Source of the DNA: Thermoanaerobaculia bacterium
GTDB taxonomy: Bacteria > Acidobacteriota > Thermoanaerobaculia > Multivoradales > DATKCC01
Reading direction: 5' to 3'
Length of the DNA stretch: 33,642 nt
Assembly: GCA_046538065.1 (NCBI GenBank)
Contig: JBKHJP010000003.1
Span: forward strand, 1-33,642
The notes beneath the pieces are model-generated. The model searched no databases. It saw only the letters and a program-made list of their open reading frames with translations, and was not told where the DNA came from. Below are positions 30,336-33,642 of this stretch, piece by piece (within the stretch, counting starts at the first letter, position 1; every line of letters begins with the position of its first letter). A program made the position numbers and the translations under genes.

Positions 30336-31243
30336 GGTTCACCGTTGCCTTTCCAGAGCCGCTCCGCGATGGCCTCGATCAGCGCCCTCAGGGTCTGCTC
30401 GTCGTCCTCGTCCATACCCGAGGTCCGCCACTCGGGCTCGTCGCCGCTCCGGGTGTAGGCGTCGCGGCCGGCCTCGATCACCACGTTGCCGCGCTGGATC
30501 CCCAGGCGGTCGCCTCCGGCGCCGGGCTCGTCCTGGGAGCGCGGTGGCTCGTCCTCCGGCTGCACTCGCAGCCGGTAGTGCTGCTCGGCTTTCCCCGGGC
30601 CGCCGGCCTGGCGCTCGAACCGCGGGTCCGGCGGCGGCGTCGGCCGCTCGCGGGGCGGCGGCACAGCGCCGCCGCTGCGCAGGTGGAAGAGCTCGAGGGC
30701 GTCCCGCCGCTCCGGCGTGACCCAGACCCGGACGGCCAGGGGGCCGAAACGCTCCGTCTCCGAGACGGTCACCGGCGGCAGGACCCGCTCCAGCAGGAAG
30801 AAGCGGCTCCTCTCGCGGTACGGGCCGATCCGCGCCTCCGCCGCAGCGGCCGAGCCCTCGGTCTCCGGCGGGGCGGGGAAGAGGGCGTCCCGGTGCTCCG
30901 CCACCGCTTCCGTGACGGCTCGGGTCAGGCGGGTGCCGACCGCGGCCCAGGCGCCCTCGGCGATCGGGTCGCCGAAGACGATGGTCGCCGGTTCCCGGGC
31001 GGCCCCGTCGGCGGCCTCGGGCGGCTCGAGGTCCAGGGGCGCCCGGTGGGGGGCCCTCAGCGTCGCCAGCTTGCGTTCGAGGACAGAGAGCTGAAAGTCG
31101 GTCAACGCCCCGGCCGCCGCCGGCGATGGTTGGCAGCAGGCGAGGGCCAGCAGCAGCAAGCCGGTCCGGACCCCTGGGCGCCATCGCCCGAGCGGTCCGC
31201 GGACCGACCGATCTTCATCCGAGCCCGTCTTCGGTCTGAGCAC
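30332..31243 (-). CDS. Hypothetical exported protein (start uncertain)
   Basis: Host-like codon usage from about 31160 to the stop. Hydrophobic LLLLALACC segment. Stop overlaps the next ATG. GTG 31243 is the nearest in-frame start. Confidence 0.55.
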   Translation of the reverse strand: MLRPKTGSDEDRSVRGPLGRWRPGVRTGLLLLALACCQPSPAAAGALTDFQLSVLERKLATLRAPHRAPLDLEPPEAADGAAREPATIVFGDPIAEGAWAAVGTRLTRAVTEAVAEHRDALFPAPPETEGSAAAAEARIGPYRERSRFFLLERVLPPVTVSETERFGPLAVRVWVTPERRDALELFHLRSGGAVPPPRERPTPPPDPRFERQAGGPGKAEQHYRLRVQPEDEPPRSQDEPGAGGDRLGIQRGNVVIEAGRDAYTRSGDEPEWRTSGMDEDDEQTLRALIEAIAERLWKGNGEP

Positions 31244-31696
31244 GATTCCATGAGTGTACAACCTCGGCCGGACGGCGTGGCCGGGCCGAGCTCCGCCCCA
31301 CGGGCCTGATTTGGACGGTGTTCGTCGCGCCTGTCCCGCCTCGCGCTGCAGAGTGCACCTTGCATCTAGAGAAGCACCACAAAAAGAACACTGCCGGCGC
31401 CCTCCGACCCGGGTTCGACGAACGTTGGTTTGCCCGGCGCAGCGGGCGGCCTCGCCGTTCGGCGACCACGGGAGAGCCGGTGACGACGGCCCCAAGGATG
31501 GTTCTTGCCCGCCACAAGCCCGAGCGCGCCGGCCGGTGGCCCCGGGGTCCGCCACGAAGCGTGTCCAGGATCCCGTCGACCGACCTCCCCGGCGCCCGGC
31601 CCCCGGGCCGGTGACGCCGCGTTCCGTAGACCTGGGCGCCCCTCAATCCTGGCACGGCCGATCTCCTGAGCTGAGTTGCAGACATTCTTCATGGAT

Positions 31697-31813
31697 TCCT
31701 CCAGAGGGGGAGCACACCCCCTCGCAACCCGGCGTCGAAGGCGGGTGCAGTGGCGCCCACCCGGGGAGCGTGTCGCTCCCCACGCGACTGAGCAGAAACT
31801 GCACGCAAGGAGG
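31697..31813 (+). ncRNA. Candidate cis-regulatory leader RNA, copy 2
   Basis: Same stem architecture as 27316-27435, with compensatory changes. Confidence 0.5.
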
Positions 31814-31817
31814 ATGC

Positions 31818-33425
31818 ATGAACGCGAAGGTTCCGATTCTTTTGATTGCAGCAGGCTTGCTGGTTCTCGCAGCACCGAGCTCGGCCCAGCTGGCCGAGTG
31901 TGACCAGATCAACATCGACCCGGCCGACGTCCCGGGCGGGTGCATCGCCCGGACGCTCGACGACCAGATCGGCACCGGGCGGGGTGACGAGTTCACCGAG
32001 AGCTCGTCCATCTACCTCATCAAGCGCGACCCCGCGCGCTCGGTGCGCCGGGGCCGCCAGCTCTTCCAGCGCAAGTTCACGAGGAACGAGGGCCAGGGTC
32101 CGCGGGTCAACGCGGACTCCACCGGCGACCAGGTGGCCAACCGCGCCCTGGGCGCGGGCCTGTCCGACAGCTGCGCCGGCTGCCACGGGCGTCCCCGGGG
32201 CTCCGCCGGCCACGGCGGCGTCGTCAACACCCGGCCGGACAGCCGGGACGCACCGCACCTCTTCGGGCTGGGCATCGTCGAGCAGCTCGGTGACGAGATG
32301 ACCGCCGACCTGCGGGCGATCCGCCAAAAGGCGATCGAGGAGGCACAGGAGACCGGCGACGTGACGACGGCCGACCTCGTGTCGAAGAGCGTGTACTTCG
32401 GCTACATCGAGGCGTTCCCGAACGGCACCGTCGACACCTCGAACGTCGAGGGGGTCGACGAGGACCTGCGGATCAAGCCCTTCTTCCACCAGGGCGGGAC
32501 GATCTCGATGCGGGAGTTCATCGTCGGGGCCATGAAGGCCGAGATGGGCGTGGAGACGCCGGATCCGGTCCTGTGCGCCGCCACCGACCCGGTGAACCCC
32601 CAGAAGGTGACCAGCCCGGCGGGCTTCGTCTTCGATCCGTCGAAGGACAGCTTCGAGCGGCCGCCGGTCTGCGACGAGCTCGCGGACGGCGACGGCGACG
32701 GGGTGAGCAACGAGCTCGATCCCGCCCTGCTGGACCACCTGGAGTTCTACCTCCTCAACTACTTCAAGCCGGGCCAGGGCCCGACGAACAAGTTCACCGA
32801 TTCCGGCCGGAAGCTCATGGACAAGATCGGGTGCACGGAATGCCACCGCCCGACGTTGAAGATCGAGTCCGACCGTCGCGTGGCGGACGTGAAGACGGTG
32901 CACGACCCGGTCAACGGCATCTTCAACGAGCTCTTCGCCACGGCGGAGACGCGCTTCACGGTGGTGGACGACGGGGAGGAGTTCCCGAAGCTCCTGCCGG
33001 AGGGTGAGAAGTTCACGGTCCACAACTTCTTCTCCGACCTCAAGCGTCACGACCTGGGGCCGAAGTTCCACGAGCGGGACTTCGACGGCAACCGGGTGAC
33101 GGAGTTCGTGACGGAGCCGCTGTGGGGCGTGGCCTCGACGGCGCCGTACGGCCACGACGGCCGGTCCATGACCCTGGATGCGGTGATCCGCCGTCACGGC
33201 GGTGAGGCGCAGGCCTCGAGGGACGCCTACGTCAACAAGCTCAAGGAAGAGGACCGGATGGCGATCCGAGCGTTCCTCAACACGCTCGTCCTCTTCCCGC
33301 CGGACGACACGGCGTCGAACCTGAACCCAGGCGATCCCGACGCCGCGGACCCGCAGGATCCGGCCAACCACGGCAGCATCAACCTCGGGGCGCTCTTCCA
33401 GATCGCCTCCGAGGGGCCCGAGTAG
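31818..33425 (+). CDS. Secreted di-heme oxidoreductase (DHOR family), copy 2 (535 aa, no insert)
   Basis: AAGGAGG RBS, signal peptide, CAGCH and CTECH. Highly similar to copy 1 outside the insertion. Confidence 0.85.
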   Translation: MNAKVPILLIAAGLLVLAAPSSAQLAECDQINIDPADVPGGCIARTLDDQIGTGRGDEFTESSSIYLIKRDPARSVRRGRQLFQRKFTRNEGQGPRVNADSTGDQVANRALGAGLSDSCAGCHGRPRGSAGHGGVVNTRPDSRDAPHLFGLGIVEQLGDEMTADLRAIRQKAIEEAQETGDVTTADLVSKSVYFGYIEAFPNGTVDTSNVEGVDEDLRIKPFFHQGGTISMREFIVGAMKAEMGVETPDPVLCAATDPVNPQKVTSPAGFVFDPSKDSFERPPVCDELADGDGDGVSNELDPALLDHLEFYLLNYFKPGQGPTNKFTDSGRKLMDKIGCTECHRPTLKIESDRRVADVKTVHDPVNGIFNELFATAETRFTVVDDGEEFPKLLPEGEKFTVHNFFSDLKRHDLGPKFHERDFDGNRVTEFVTEPLWGVASTAPYGHDGRSMTLDAVIRRHGGEAQASRDAYVNKLKEEDRMAIRAFLNTLVLFPPDDTASNLNPGDPDAADPQDPANHGSINLGALFQIASEGPE

Positions 33426-33455
33426 GCTGGAGCGTCGTCGCACCGGCAGCACCAC

Positions 33456-33492
33456 GCCCCCGTCCGGCCTGCGGGCCGGGCGGGGGTTTTTT
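33456..33492 (+). terminator. Rho-independent terminator
   Basis: GCCCCCGTCCGGCC / GGCCGGGCGGGGGT stem plus a T-run, homologous to the copy 1 terminator. Confidence 0.85.
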
Positions 33493-33591
33493 CTGCCGGT
33501 TCCTCCTCCCCCGAACTCCGAGGGCCTCCCGGGCCTCACGAGGGCGGAGCATCCCGCCACCCCGCCGGGCGGTGCATCGCCACGGCGTTGT

Positions 33592-33619
33592 TTGACACGA
33601 TGGGCCGTGGAGGTGTGAT
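33592..33619 (+). promoter_or_regulatory. Possible sigma70 promoter for a gene beyond the window
   Basis: Perfect TTGACA at 33592-33597 and a weak -10 (TGTGAT) at 16-bp spacing. Confidence 0.3.
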
Positions 33620-33642
33620 TGTGTTTTTCCGCTGGTTTCCGT

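Noticed and set aside
31649-31665. TGGCAC upstream of DHOR copy 2 as a sigma54 promoter
   Set aside because: There is no GC at the -12 position (reads TGGCACGGCCGATCT).
31254-31817. N-terminal extension of DHOR copy 2 in the ORF track
   Set aside because: Low-complexity translation. The RBS and signal peptide start at 31818, matching copy 1.

Overview
High-GC (about 70%) bacterial chromosomal window. Gene style suggests Acidobacteriota (Thermoanaerobaculia-like), which is an inference. In order it contains: anaerobic benzoyl-CoA pathway genes (partial had, dch) interrupted by a RelE/YafQ-type toxin-antitoxin pair whose toxin is truncated at an IS3-like end; a signal-peptide-bearing PIMT with a membrane spermidine-synthase-like methyltransferase; two paralogous Zn-anti-sigma(ZAS)-TPR genes flanking a small secreted peptide ending in DPNG, inside a lower-GC cassette whose edges fall within the TPR genes; DUF819 and lipoprotein genes; an LpqY-SugABC-like sugar ABC transporter; a hybrid histidine kinase, PilZ, HEAT-repeat, APH-like/AAA kinase and DoxX genes; a sigma54 two-component system; and two paralogous secreted di-heme (DHOR-family) proteins, one with a 172-aa inserted domain, both preceded by a structurally conserved, covarying RNA leader. 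The top candidates for novelty are the ZAS-TPR/DPNG-peptide cassette (possible peptide-signalling system) and the conserved leader RNA. No rRNA, tRNA or CRISPR array was seen.
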